The translations under genes were made by a program, and so were the position numbers. DNA of 45,779 bases from Enterobacter phage ST22, in the sequence record OQ957557.1; one strand, given 5' to 3'. The notes beneath the pieces are model-generated. The model had not been told where the DNA came from. It did no database searches and saw only the letters and a list, made by a program, of their open reading frames with translations. Below, piece after piece: positions 26,501 through 35,104 of the stretch (its first letter is position 1; each line of letters opens with the position of its first letter).

Positions 26501-27915
26501 AAGCTCACGCCACGATCCAGCTCATTGCTGAGGAGGATGTATTTGCCACGGCGCTGGCCCTCACCTACTGACGTGCAGCCAATTGCGCTTGTCTGGGTTT
26601 GCTGGAAGCCATAGCGCTTTTGTAGGCGCGGCACGCTCACCAGCACCGGCAGATCCTGGTAATGGTTGGTTTTATCGCCAATACTCACCAGCGCGCTGCT
26701 GTAATGGTTTTTCTGGCTACCGCCCACATAGTTAAATTTGCCATCAACCACGTTGGCGCGGGTAACAACCTGCTTAACGTCGCCAGGCATATCTGAGATC
26801 ACATTCAGCTGTGAATTGCCCCAGAAGGTGGCCCCGTTGAAAATAGACGCGATATCGCGCAGCACGTTGAATGCCTGCTCCTGCCCCTGAATATAAACGT
26901 TACAGGTGAAGCGTGGCTCTTTGCCGGTGCCGCCATCGCCGTTAGGCACCAGCTCATCACAGCGCTGCGCAATGACGTATAGATCCCACTTGCTGATCAT
27001 GTTCGCCTTTACTTTGCGCCCGATAGAAAAGCGATCATTGGTGGCGATATCGTAAAACACCCACGCGGGGTTGTCGGTAAAGGCCCATTTAAACGTGCCA
27101 TCCCAATCACCGGTATAGGTGCGCGCAACTGGATCATAGTTTGATGGCACCTGAATCTGGCGGCCTTGCAGCAGGCAGCTGACGCGTGGCACCTGCGGGA
27201 ATGTTTTTGCGTCATATTCGACGTAAAGCAGCGCGGTGTGAGGGTAACGCATACGCGCATCAATCACCTCAGTGTAACCCTGGATCTGCGTCTTGTTTTG
27301 CAGAGTCTGGGCGGTGCTGTCTGCCGTGACGCGGGTAACTCGCACGCTCCATTTGGTGGTGGCTTTCGGCAGGTCGATGCGGTGATCGCGCTCATAAAGG
27401 CTCGTGGTCTTGCCGGTGGCTTTCATGGTGCTCAGCAGCTTATACGCGCCGCCGTCCGTGCTCAGCTCAATGGTGTAGGTCACTGAGGTGCCTACGGTGT
27501 CACCGTCGCTCTCAGTTTTCGCCATATACGGGAATCCCATGCGCACGCGGAAAGCATCAAGGTTTGTGTCCGTGATCTCATGCACCCATGGGGTGGCCTT
27601 AACCAGATCGATGCCAACCGTGCCAGGACGCTCAACCGCAGGGAAACCTTTGATTGGATCTTGCGTGGCTGTGCCGTTGCGAAACTCCCAGCGCACGCCT
27701 GGGAAATTCATTGTTCCATCCTGCGCCTGCAATGGGGTGCCGTTGAGGAAAATCTTTTTCCCGTCCAGGCCACCCTGCACCACGCCCTCACTGAGCGCAA
27801 TAAGCATGCGCATTTTTGCGGAGCTGCGCAGGCTATCAGGAGACTCCACCGGCGTGTGAGCATTGCCACCGCCGCCCTTTGCGCCCTCAGGAATAAACCA
27901 TTCAGTAATTTCCAT
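23521..27915 (-). CDS. Host-specificity/tip-attachment protein J-like central tail fiber (1464 aa). The C-terminal part has an AxIxxAxI beta-helix-type repeat array and a distal receptor-binding domain.
   Basis: Strong lambda-J-like segments (QNKTQIQGYTEVID..., RPRFTCNVYIQGQ..., GCTSVGEGQRRG...). FN3-like middle region. Confidence 0.9.
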   Translation of the reverse strand: MEITEWFIPEGAKGGGGNAHTPVESPDSLRSSAKMRMLIALSEGVVQGGLDGKKIFLNGTPLQAQDGTMNFPGVRWEFRNGTATQDPIKGFPAVERPGTVGIDLVKATPWVHEITDTNLDAFRVRMGFPYMAKTESDGDTVGTSVTYTIELSTDGGAYKLLSTMKATGKTTSLYERDHRIDLPKATTKWSVRVTRVTADSTAQTLQNKTQIQGYTEVIDARMRYPHTALLYVEYDAKTFPQVPRVSCLLQGRQIQVPSNYDPVARTYTGDWDGTFKWAFTDNPAWVFYDIATNDRFSIGRKVKANMISKWDLYVIAQRCDELVPNGDGGTGKEPRFTCNVYIQGQEQAFNVLRDIASIFNGATFWGNSQLNVISDMPGDVKQVVTRANVVDGKFNYVGGSQKNHYSSALVSIGDKTNHYQDLPVLVSVPRLQKRYGFQQTQTSAIGCTSVGEGQRRGKYILLSNELDRGVSFKMGLDGIQFLPGHIIALADERLAGKVMGGRIKSVSADLRTVTLDRVTDAAIGDAILVRTKDGKPERRTIATVNGAIIGLQTALSAAPVPYAVFVIDAGTLHLQTFKVQSMKRSDGEDCYEITAIIHNASKYDAIDKGARLDIPTVSLLPVPGIKAPGNIAISAYDVIRQGQRVKTMRITWGKVQGALAYEIQWRKGDGDWVNGPRQSTTSYEVAGIYAGDYYARVRAIGASEVSSPWAESAMVTLPGRTGAPQPPIMGAAVKMQYGIQWNWTFAAGSGDTASTELQYQALNLPTDPVTANWLPLTLVAYPTGKYQQMGLAIGQNIAVRARCIDKLGNQSAWTAPVKGAANEVISDYIRDLDAEIQKSQAFKDVTTYIDTNLEKVGNDMTALGARVDTVTKNVSDLTGTVQTISGTVTQQGKTITTMQQTVQTAQQTADAAKSAAESAASAAAGGAKVYFQNSPPPSADQKANVLWIDTTNNANTPKRWVNNAWTAVTDKQATDAAAAAKTAHDTAVEAQKVAGVANVKGNNLFPDGSFESYQTESDLDLMINSGRAQASLVTSGAYAGTRTLRYNTNTGNADLEWLKQTQVGFESKYWYVSYVAKIGSGSAPAGCSLRIGIACYDGAGTRLSVSAVEANASNGLTTAWKTFSGYVLLPEGTRSIRPYFYAPHGTTAWPAGTNFWIDAVCMYEADAAKRAADLAATVQVTANAARDKLGKYDATWTVKAQVDSAGRHYMAGISAGVSWSEAGGGSYQGTVLINANNFAVYVPGANNGNGVLKNMMTVNAAGVWMNLAMIQDATITNAKIANATIQGAKIASAAISSAHIVDGAITNAKIAKAAIDSAKIANASINTAHLGTVSIKSAQIESLHANKITGDIATAYTVAPAQTLTIPADSTLNREIILMPIHIHFRLSSTTSASGSVSATITVQGEAAHSVLASADNKVILSAVNSSVVSLPAGKSATIRFDNAAKSTASGYSTQGIFLVAKAR

Positions 27916-28520
27916 TAAATCCTCACATCCTCAGCAATAATACCGGCAGAGATGATAGCACCGCCAACCTCACGCAGGCCATATAAAACAGCAACCGGAT
28001 TCCCCATGGTGGTGGTATTGACCGGCCCGCCGAAAGCATAGGATGGTTTATTGTCTGCGTCCTGCCGCATCGCCATGCCTTTGGGCTGAGGGCTGAGCAT
28101 CTGGACAACGCCACCCACCGCCATGCTGAGGCCCATACCAAAAACGGCAGTGGCTGCTGAGGCGGCGGCAGCAGCAGAGAAGCCCACCGCAGCAGCAGCG
28201 CCCGCCGTAAAGAATGACGCGGCAATCAGCGCAGCACCCAGGAAAATCTGAGTAAGGCCACCGCGTTTGGCACCGGCAGGGATGCAGACAATTTTCACCG
28301 TTTTGTTGCCGTGGCTATGGTGCAGGCCATCCAGCGGCAGCTCACGGTTGCCTTTCAGCACTGCAAACTCCAGCCCCGTTTGCAGTAGGGTGTCCTCAAA
28401 TCCCTTGCGCGTCCGGCAGAGCGCTTTAATGGCCTCCGCTGGCGATTCCACGTCTAAATGGATTTTGCGCCCGTATAACCGGCCCAGTGGGCCGGTGAGT
28501 GTGATTGTGGTCATTGCCAT
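27915..28520 (-). CDS. Tail assembly protein I-like.
   Basis: Position and size. Gly/Ala-rich hydrophobic C-terminus as in lambda gpI. Confidence 0.65.
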   Translation of the reverse strand: MAMTTITLTGPLGRLYGRKIHLDVESPAEAIKALCRTRKGFEDTLLQTGLEFAVLKGNRELPLDGLHHSHGNKTVKIVCIPAGAKRGGLTQIFLGAALIAASFFTAGAAAAVGFSAAAAASAATAVFGMGLSMAVGGVVQMLSPQPKGMAMRQDADNKPSYAFGGPVNTTTMGNPVAVLYGLREVGGAIISAGIIAEDVRI

Positions 28521-29254
28521 GCTTTTAGCTCCTCAGGTGCTGGCAGATCTTTGTGGCGCACGCAGTACACGGTGCGCTCTTGAATCCATGAGCCGTTATA
28601 TTGCTCGGTGCCGGAAAGCCTGCCGTAAAGGTGATGCAGGATTGTACCATCGCCCACCAGCACGCCGCAGTGATTTGGCACGTCAGCCATCACCTGCGCC
28701 ACGATCATGGCACCAGCGCACGGCTCACAAGGGTAGAAACCGGCTTTCTCAAAGTTTTCTGGGCTGAATAGCCGCTCGCCGCGCTCCCACCACTCATATG
28801 GCACGCGGAAATCCATCAAATCCACGCCCTGCTGCTTATGCCATGCGATAACCAGCCCATAGCAATCATCAGACCCCAGAACGAAATGACGGCCTTTCAG
28901 CGGCAGATCTTCCACCGGCTCAATGATATTGAAATCACCCTCAGGCCATGACGCGATGCCGTGAGGGATGCCGGTATGATTGCAGCTGCTGCGATCAGCC
29001 AGTGAGGGCACGGTGGTGGCCCCGTCGCCGGTGTGGGAGTGGATAATGGCGATCACTTCGCTGCTCTGGAGAGCGGTGAGATATTGATCTTTGTCAAACC
29101 TGAAATGCTCCTCTGGCTCCTCATGCACGTTGTCCATCGCCAGATAAAACTGCTCTCCATCAATGACCGCCACCAGCCCGCAGCACTCACGGGGGTGCTC
29201 AGTCTCAGCGTGGATCATGATTGCCTTAATTACATTATCATTGATTTTGATCAT
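28511..29254 (-). CDS. Tail tip protein K-like (JAMM/MPN + NlpC/P60).
   Basis: IHSHTGDGATTVPSLADRS (JAMM HxH..S..D motif). ECCGLV N-terminal region. Confidence 0.75.
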   Translation of the reverse strand: MIKINDNVIKAIMIHAETEHPRECCGLVAVIDGEQFYLAMDNVHEEPEEHFRFDKDQYLTALQSSEVIAIIHSHTGDGATTVPSLADRSSCNHTGIPHGIASWPEGDFNIIEPVEDLPLKGRHFVLGSDDCYGLVIAWHKQQGVDLMDFRVPYEWWERGERLFSPENFEKAGFYPCEPCAGAMIVAQVMADVPNHCGVLVGDGTILHHLYGRLSGTEQYNGSWIQERTVYCVRHKDLPAPEELKAWQ

Positions 29255-29257
29255 GGT

Positions 29258-30049
29258 TTAACGTCCAGAAAGGTTAGCAGCTACAAAGCCGCCGAAATCC
29301 AGCACCGCCTGCCGTGGATCAGCAAGGCCAGCGCCAAAACGCTTACGGCAATCGTCAAGGAAGCCACCACAAACATCTTTGGATGGATCTGTTACCGGTT
29401 TGCCGTTCTCATCAAAATATGCCGTGCCGGAGTAGCTACAGCCTTTATTGGCCCGATATTCACCGCGCACCGCCCATGTGCAGAGCTGGGTGATCTGGCG
29501 GGTGGGAATAACCTGCCCTTGCAAATCCCCAGGGCTGCCCAGATTGAATACTACCGTTTCGTCTGTCTCGCTGGTCTTAGCGTCAATATACCAGGTTTCA
29601 ATAAAACGCTGAGCCGGATCTGGGCTTTCGCTGTACGCGGGGCGCTGACCAGCAGGCCAGTTTTTTGCGTCGATGTAGTCAACGTAAGTATCAATGATTG
29701 TGACCACCGCCTGCGCCATATCCTCAAAGTTAATACAGAGGGCAGACACGGAGCCATCAAGGTTGCTTACCGTCAGCGTGGGCTGAGCGCTCTGCTCTGC
29801 GGTCATTTCCAGGCCTTCAATGATGGCTGGGTGATAATCGTACTCCTCCCCATTCCACCAGATGGATTTAGGGTAAAGCATGGTTTCATCACCGGCAGCA
29901 ATGGCGGCCTGAATCTCTGCCGGAGTGTGCGCCTGAGGGCTGTAATGGAAGCGCTGCACCGGCGCGCCAAACTCTGAGCCGTCAACGATAATGAGCCGGA
30001 TGCGGCCCTCTTGCTCCAGCTTTGTGCTTTTTTCTAAGATGCCAGCCAT
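29258..30049 (-). CDS. Minor tail protein L-like.
   Basis: PTLTVSNLDG... and a C-terminal Cys cluster CSYSG...CGGFLDDCRKRFG resembling lambda gpL. Confidence 0.75.
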   Translation of the reverse strand: MAGILEKSTKLEQEGRIRLIIVDGSEFGAPVQRFHYSPQAHTPAEIQAAIAAGDETMLYPKSIWWNGEEYDYHPAIIEGLEMTAEQSAQPTLTVSNLDGSVSALCINFEDMAQAVVTIIDTYVDYIDAKNWPAGQRPAYSESPDPAQRFIETWYIDAKTSETDETVVFNLGSPGDLQGQVIPTRQITQLCTWAVRGEYRANKGCSYSGTAYFDENGKPVTDPSKDVCGGFLDDCRKRFGAGLADPRQAVLDFGGFVAANLSGR

Positions 30050-30052
30050 GTG

Positions 30053-30439
30053 TTACTGCCCCTCAATGCCGAAAGCCTGGATCAGCTCTGCCTTAATGCC
30101 GCGCACGCGGGTGCTGATAAACGTGCTCGTGATTGTGGTCCCTGGCTTGACGCGGTAAAGCCCTTGCACCCCACCAGGCGGCGTGAAAACGAAAGCCCGG
30201 ACAACATGCGCATGGAGGAAATTTTCAATATCTTTGGCGGTTTTCGGATCGCCCTTCCAGACCAGTGAGCAGGAAATGCGGCGCGTGTTGATGCCGTCAG
30301 TGGCTAACTGCTCATAGCCATCACCCAGAGCCACCTGCCGCACGCGGTGATTGTTGTCAACGTCGCCGCTGCCGTCCACCTGTAAAGGCCAAATAAAAAT
30401 ATCAATTGCCATGATTTGCTCCTGTTTGTGAGCGGTCAT
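30053..30439 (-). CDS. Minor tail protein M-like.
   Basis: Position and size, between the tape measure and the L-like gene. Confidence 0.65.
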   Translation of the reverse strand: MTAHKQEQIMAIDIFIWPLQVDGSGDVDNNHRVRQVALGDGYEQLATDGINTRRISCSLVWKGDPKTAKDIENFLHAHVVRAFVFTPPGGVQGLYRVKPGTTITSTFISTRVRGIKAELIQAFGIEGQ

Positions 30440-30457
30440 AATACGTCAACCGATCAG

Positions 30458-30484
30458 CAAAGAAAAGGGGAGCCGTAGCTCCCC
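30458..30484 (-). terminator. GGGGAGC-TACG-GCTCCCC hairpin followed by TTTTCTTTG (minus strand). Attenuator-like terminator after the tape measure gene.
   Basis: Read directly. Confidence 0.4.
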
Positions 30485-30488
30485 AGTT

Positions 30489-33143
30489 TTATGCGTGCCC
30501 GTGTAGCTCCTGGTAAATCAAGCCACCTGGCTGCAATTCGCGCTCAATCTGCTGCTTCGCACCGGCAGCCGCAGCCTGCGCATAGGCACGGCCCATAGCG
30601 TCCTGCTTCGCTGGTGTGGCTCCAGCAGTCACGCCGCCTCCTGCATCCACATGCACATTGACCTCATTGATCACCACGCCGCCCGCGCCGGTGGAGCCGG
30701 TAGCCTTAACGCCCAAACGCCCGTTAGCATCACGCGTCAGCGGCATAACAGCCTCAGGGCCAGCCTCACCGAAAACGCCGCCATTGGCGAACAATGAGCG
30801 ATTTTTAAATGTGAAAGGCTGCGGGGTGTCATAAACGCCATTCACATAGCTATGCAGTGACGGATCGTTAAACACGCCGCCGTTAGCAAACTTGAACGCG
30901 CCAGAGATGCCGCTCATGATGCTGCTCAGGAAACCGCCACCTTTGCCTTTGCCTGTGAATGCATCTACGGCGCTCATCATGGTGAGTTTGATGAGCAGCT
31001 GATCCAGCATTTTGAGCGCATCCGTAACGAATGAGCGCAGGTTGAATTTGCCGGTGGTGCAGAACTCCAGCAGCGCATCACTGGACTGCTGCAAGCCACC
31101 GCTCATGGCATCCTTGAATAGCTCAGACTCTTTCACCGCAGAGCTGCCCCACTCCTCAATGCCGGACTTCATGCCGCCCATCCAGTCCTGATCTTTCTTC
31201 TGGCGGGCATCCTGGAGCGCAGCCAGCTCCTGCTCCACTTGCAGCTGGATCTTGCTCTGGGCCACTAAAGGATTATCCTGCTGGCGCTGGCGGATCTGCG
31301 CCTGCTTCTGGAGATACTCAGCCGTTTCCCGCTCAGTCATGCCAATGGTTTTGGCGAGATCAGCCGCAGCGCTCATCTGCTGCCCGTGCTTCTCCTCCAG
31401 CTTGTTTAATTCCTTTTGCAGCTCCAGGCGATGGCTGGCAGCCGCAGCGGCATCCAGTGCGCCCTGGTTTGCTTTCATTGAGGCCAGCGCACGCTTCTGC
31501 TCAGCGCTGAGCAGGTTGCGGCTGTTAGCCAGCTCATACTCAGAGATGAGGTTGCGGTTATGCGCGGCGGCGCGCTCCTCATTGGTGACTTTGAGGCGGC
31601 CCTCAACGGCATCCTTGAGCTGGGCCTGGATATCCAGCAGGCGCACGTTAGCCCCGATCTCCTCCTGGGCGCTTTTTGCCGTGGCGCGGGCCGCCGCAGC
31701 TGCTGCTTTATCTTTCTTCTGGTGGCCTGCCTCCGCTTTCTGCGCGGCCTCAATCTCCCTATTCATGCCAGCCAGTGACGCATCATAATTTTTCTTCTGC
31801 GCCGCCGTCATTGAGTCGTAATATTTGCCAGTATCACGGATGTAATCATTGCGCTGCTTTTCCAGCTTAACGCTGCGCAACGCGTGATCCTCTGCGGCTT
31901 TGTTGGCACGCTCGCCGGCTTGTGCGGCATCGTTTTGCCACTGTGCGCGGCGGCGGTCCATCTCGCTTTGAGTCTCAACCTCTTTCTTTTGCAGCTCAGC
32001 ACGCTGGGCCGCCTCTTTTTTGGCGATCTCAGTGCTTTTCTTCTGGGCCTCGTTTGCCATATCCAGCACGGCAAAGCCCGTTTTACCGCCGCCAGGGGTT
32101 GCTGTGAATCCTGCGTTAGCTGCCGTGTTGCCGCCTGGCTTATATTTGTCCTGAGCGTTTACCGCGTCCATGATGGCTTTGGTGATGCGGTCCCACGCCG
32201 TTACCTCCTGATCAGCCGTCGCCTTAGCATTGCGCCCAATAGCCAGCTGCTTAGCATCATACGCCTCCAGCAGCACGCGGGTAGCGTCTGCTTTGTCGCC
32301 AATGTCCATGTAATGCTGGACCTGATCCACCAGCTGCGGGTTGAGGTTGCCTAACGTGTCACCCATCTGGCGCATGAACTCCAGCGGATCGCTATAGGCT
32401 TTAGATAGGCGCGTAGCCACATCATCAGCCGCCTCACCGGTGTTTTTGATGGTGTCAGCGGTGACTTTGAGCACCTGCTGGATCTGCTCCTGAGACTTGA
32501 GGCGGGAAGCCGCAGCAATGGCTGCCTTTTCGGCTGCGTCTGAGTCAATATCAGTGGAGCGCTGGAGCTGCTTAACCATCTTATCAAGGCTTTCAGCAGT
32601 CAGGCCGGACTGATCACCCATGAGCGCCAGCGCGTCAGTGTAGGCGTTGAGGCGCTTATTGTCAGAATATGCCTCATAGGCCACGTAAGCCAGCGCGCCT
32701 CCAACGGCAGTGAGGCCCACGGTAAGAGGGTTGATTAGGCCCATTAGCACCGTGAGGGTGCCGGAGATTGAGCCAAAGCTGGTGGCTAACTGTGGACCCT
32801 GCTGGATCAGCACGGTTAACGGATTCATGCCGCCTTGCAGTGACACGATCACATCAAAAAGCTGCTGTGTTGCGTTGCCTACACCGGCCTTGAATTGACC
32901 GGCAGAGCCGCCAGCCTCCTGGAAGCGCTTAGACAACCGGCCTACGGCCTTTTCTGCCTCCTCAGCGCCCTGCTTTGTCTTGCGCAGACCTTCACCGGCT
33001 TTGGGGCCAGATGCGCCTAACTTCTCGTTAGCATCATCGGCACCGGCTGCGGCCTCCTCATATTCTTTCATGGCCTTGACTGCATCAGCCAAAGAGCCAT
33101 GTTTAGACTCGATCTCTAAACTAAACTTGCCCGCCATTGTCAT
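30489..33143 (-). CDS. Tail tape measure protein (884 aa).
   Basis: Long coiled-coil-rich protein with a hydrophobic segment, downstream of the G/GT chaperones. Confidence 0.85.
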   Translation of the reverse strand: MTMAGKFSLEIESKHGSLADAVKAMKEYEEAAAGADDANEKLGASGPKAGEGLRKTKQGAEEAEKAVGRLSKRFQEAGGSAGQFKAGVGNATQQLFDVIVSLQGGMNPLTVLIQQGPQLATSFGSISGTLTVLMGLINPLTVGLTAVGGALAYVAYEAYSDNKRLNAYTDALALMGDQSGLTAESLDKMVKQLQRSTDIDSDAAEKAAIAAASRLKSQEQIQQVLKVTADTIKNTGEAADDVATRLSKAYSDPLEFMRQMGDTLGNLNPQLVDQVQHYMDIGDKADATRVLLEAYDAKQLAIGRNAKATADQEVTAWDRITKAIMDAVNAQDKYKPGGNTAANAGFTATPGGGKTGFAVLDMANEAQKKSTEIAKKEAAQRAELQKKEVETQSEMDRRRAQWQNDAAQAGERANKAAEDHALRSVKLEKQRNDYIRDTGKYYDSMTAAQKKNYDASLAGMNREIEAAQKAEAGHQKKDKAAAAAARATAKSAQEEIGANVRLLDIQAQLKDAVEGRLKVTNEERAAAHNRNLISEYELANSRNLLSAEQKRALASMKANQGALDAAAAASHRLELQKELNKLEEKHGQQMSAAADLAKTIGMTERETAEYLQKQAQIRQRQQDNPLVAQSKIQLQVEQELAALQDARQKKDQDWMGGMKSGIEEWGSSAVKESELFKDAMSGGLQQSSDALLEFCTTGKFNLRSFVTDALKMLDQLLIKLTMMSAVDAFTGKGKGGGFLSSIMSGISGAFKFANGGVFNDPSLHSYVNGVYDTPQPFTFKNRSLFANGGVFGEAGPEAVMPLTRDANGRLGVKATGSTGAGGVVINEVNVHVDAGGGVTAGATPAKQDAMGRAYAQAAAAGAKQQIERELQPGGLIYQELHGHA

Positions 33144-33809
33144 TGTCTCCTGGCTTGCGGTTAATGACCGCCATCGCGGCAGCCTCCATCACGCGAATAT
33201 CTTTGATGGCCTGCGCCTTATCAGTGATCTCGTGCGCGTCCAGTATAAAGGGAATTGACGAATAAATCAGGCCGGTTACACCACCAGCAGGGCCAGCGCG
33301 CCACTGCGTTTGTAAATCGGTAAAAGCCCAGAAGATGGGAGCGATGGAGGGCAGCAGGTCAACGTGGATCTCATAGTCCTCAGGATCGCCGCCAAACATC
33401 TCAATGTTAGCGGCGCTCACTGGAGGCTCATAGAAAGCCTCTGCTGCTTCCCTCAGGGCTTTTGGCGCAGGCACCAAAGCTCACGGGCATAACCGATAGT
33501 GACGGCCTCAAACCAGCGCGGATAGTTAGCAAAGCAGGCCACCAGGTGGGCGCGGTCCATAGGCTGCTCCAGCTCCCATCCTTCGGCAATCAGCAGGATG
33601 AAATCAGCCATTGCTTTAAACTGGCCTTTCAAGTCGCCTTTCTCTTTCGCTTTGTCCTGCTCTTTCTGGCTCTTTGCCTCAGCGGCTTGCAGCTCCTCCA
33701 GCGTCAGATGCTTAAACGTCATTACCAGCTCAGCATCCTCACGGCCTGGCTGTGGAATCATGATCGGGTGCTCAAACGTCGCAGCTGGGGCAAGGGTGAA
33801 TTTAGCCAT
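33121..33809 (-). CDS. Tail assembly chaperone G-T fusion made by programmed -1 ribosomal frameshift. The T-frame ORF 33121..33477 is in the -1 frame relative to G and overlaps its 3' end.
   Basis: I checked the frames by hand. G ends ...CGC CAA AAG CCC TGA. The T frame reads GCG CCA AAA GCC. The candidate slip site is CCAAAAG at 33459-33465. Confidence 0.5.
33453..33809 (-). CDS. Tail assembly chaperone G-like (start at the ATG with GGAG RBS; the track's upstream TTG start is unlikely).
   Basis: It lies immediately upstream of the T-frame ORF and the tape measure. Confidence 0.65.
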   Translation of the reverse strand: MAKFTLAPAATFEHPIMIPQPGREDAELVMTFKHLTLEELQAAEAKSQKEQDKAKEKGDLKGQFKAMADFILLIAEGWELEQPMDRAHLVACFANYPRWFEAVTIGYARELWCLRQKP

Positions 33810-33821
33810 GTGAATCTCCAA

Positions 33822-33850
33822 TAAAAAAAAGGGCCAACAATCGTGGCCCT
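33822..33850 (-). terminator. Rho-independent terminator AAGGGCCA-N7-TGGCCCTT followed by T8 on the minus strand, between the major tail gene and G.
   Basis: Read directly. Confidence 0.7.
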
Positions 33851-33884
33851 TAGTCTATAGCGTGTGCTGGTTGCCGTCTACCGG

Positions 33885-34619
33885 TTATGGCGTAACGAGC
33901 GCCTTAACCGCATCACCTTCCAGGAATCGCATATCAGAAGCCAGGGAGAAGGTGGCAACCACCGTTTCAACGCTGTTAACTTCTGACGTAGGGATTTTGT
34001 TGAAAGATACCTGAGCGCCATACACGCGGTATTCGCCCTTACCGCCACGCGCACGCGGGTTAAAGAACTGGAAAGCCAGGAAGGTTTGTTTTTTGTCAGC
34101 CGCTTCCAGCAGAGGATAAATTGGATCTTCTGCGTCGTGGGTGAAGGTAAACGCCTGCGTTACCGCCGTTTTGGTGGTGTTCAGCGGGATCGCTTTGTCA
34201 ACCTGGATCGGCTGGAAAGAGGTTTGCTGAGATTCGCCACCGGATACGCTCACGCTGGTGGTGTAAGGCAGTGGTGCCCAGCCGGTGATCTTCGCAATCT
34301 GGTAAGTGATCGCCGTGGAGCCGGTGCCCACCGGAGCCATGCCGCCCGCAGGGAAATCCGTTGTATCGGTGGTATCACACTGGTAAAGCGTCACGCTTTT
34401 GGCGGTGGCATCTACGGCCTTAATCACCTGCACGGAGTTTTGCAGGGCCAGCCAACCGGCTTTAGGCACCAGAACGAAATCACCAGCTTTAAGGCCGGTA
34501 ACATCCTTGAGGACTAAAACGCACTCAGCGGCGTTAGACGCGGAAACGATATCCAGCGGCGTAGCCAGCGCTTTGGAGATGGCAAGCTGGGAGCCATTTG
34601 GTAACTGATACTGTGGCAT
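33885..34619 (-). CDS. Major tail (tube) protein.
   Basis: Position upstream of G/GT. Size 244 aa. Flanked by its own promoter and terminator. Confidence 0.65.
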   Translation of the reverse strand: MPQYQLPNGSQLAISKALATPLDIVSASNAAECVLVLKDVTGLKAGDFVLVPKAGWLALQNSVQVIKAVDATAKSVTLYQCDTTDTTDFPAGGMAPVGTGSTAITYQIAKITGWAPLPYTTSVSVSGGESQQTSFQPIQVDKAIPLNTTKTAVTQAFTFTHDAEDPIYPLLEAADKKQTFLAFQFFNPRARGGKGEYRVYGAQVSFNKIPTSEVNSVETVVATFSLASDMRFLEGDAVKALVTP

Positions 34620-34643
34620 GGTGTGCCCCTTTTAAATGTTAAA

Positions 34644-34692
34644 TCAACGTTGACAACGGCGCATTATAGCGCTTAATGCCCCTCATACTCAA
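34644..34692 (-). promoter_or_regulatory. Sigma70-like promoter: -35 TTGAGT, 18-nt spacer, perfect -10 TATAAT (RC of 34663-34668). The 10-bp palindrome TCAACGTTGA (34644-34653) lies in the leader.
   Basis: Read on the minus strand: TTGAGTatgaggggcattaagcgcTATAATgcgccgTTGTCAACGTTGAttt. Confidence 0.45.
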
Positions 34693-35104
34693 ATGAGATG
34701 GGGCAGATATAACCCTGCACGCTCTCACTCGCTCCCCATACCGTGCATGGGCCATTAGCAACCACCGTGAAACCACCGGCACCGCGCAGGATCATGGTAG
34801 CAGGGAAACCCTGTTTAATCTCCTCAGCCAGCTCCAGAATGCGCTGCTCACCGTCGCCCTGAGGCCCGCAGAGGGTGATCTGGTAAACGCCCCGCAGCTG
34901 CTCCATCTGCTGCTGGATATCCGGCGCGGAGGTGGTGGCGGGCATCAGGTGAGCCTCAACGTAATAGGCATCCGTAGGCGGCACAAATTCCACGTTGGGC
35001 CATGCAATCTGGAGCGGGGTGCTCATGCCAGCCACAACCTGCTCCAGCTGATTCTCCAGTAATTCTTTGACTGTGATCAAGCTCATAAAAAAATCCTGTT
35101 CCAA
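34673..35104 (-). CDS. Tail terminator-like protein (gpU-like position).
   Basis: Position immediately upstream of the major tail protein. AGGAAA RBS. Confidence 0.4.
   Translation of the reverse strand: MEQDFFMSLITVKELLENQLEQVVAGMSTPLQIAWPNVEFVPPTDAYYVEAHLMPATTSAPDIQQQMEQLRGVYQITLCGPQGDGEQRILELAEEIKQGFPATMILRGAGGFTVVANGPCTVWGASESVQGYICPISFEYEGH

Noticed and set aside
31252-31788. Long antisense ORFs inside the tape measure gene (and similar ones inside primase, J, portal, e.g. 5822..6244, 6510..7003, 43672..44100)
   Set aside because: They are embedded in strongly supported long genes, have biased low-complexity composition and no RBS. They are typical shadow ORFs of GC-rich coding DNA.
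33819-33821. TTG at 33821 as the start of the G chaperone, and TTG at 33477 as an independent start for T
   Set aside because: The ORF track translates alternative starts as M. An ATG with a GGAG RBS lies 4 codons downstream for G. The T frame has no RBS and is the -1 frame overlapping G, so it is expressed as a frameshift product rather than independently.
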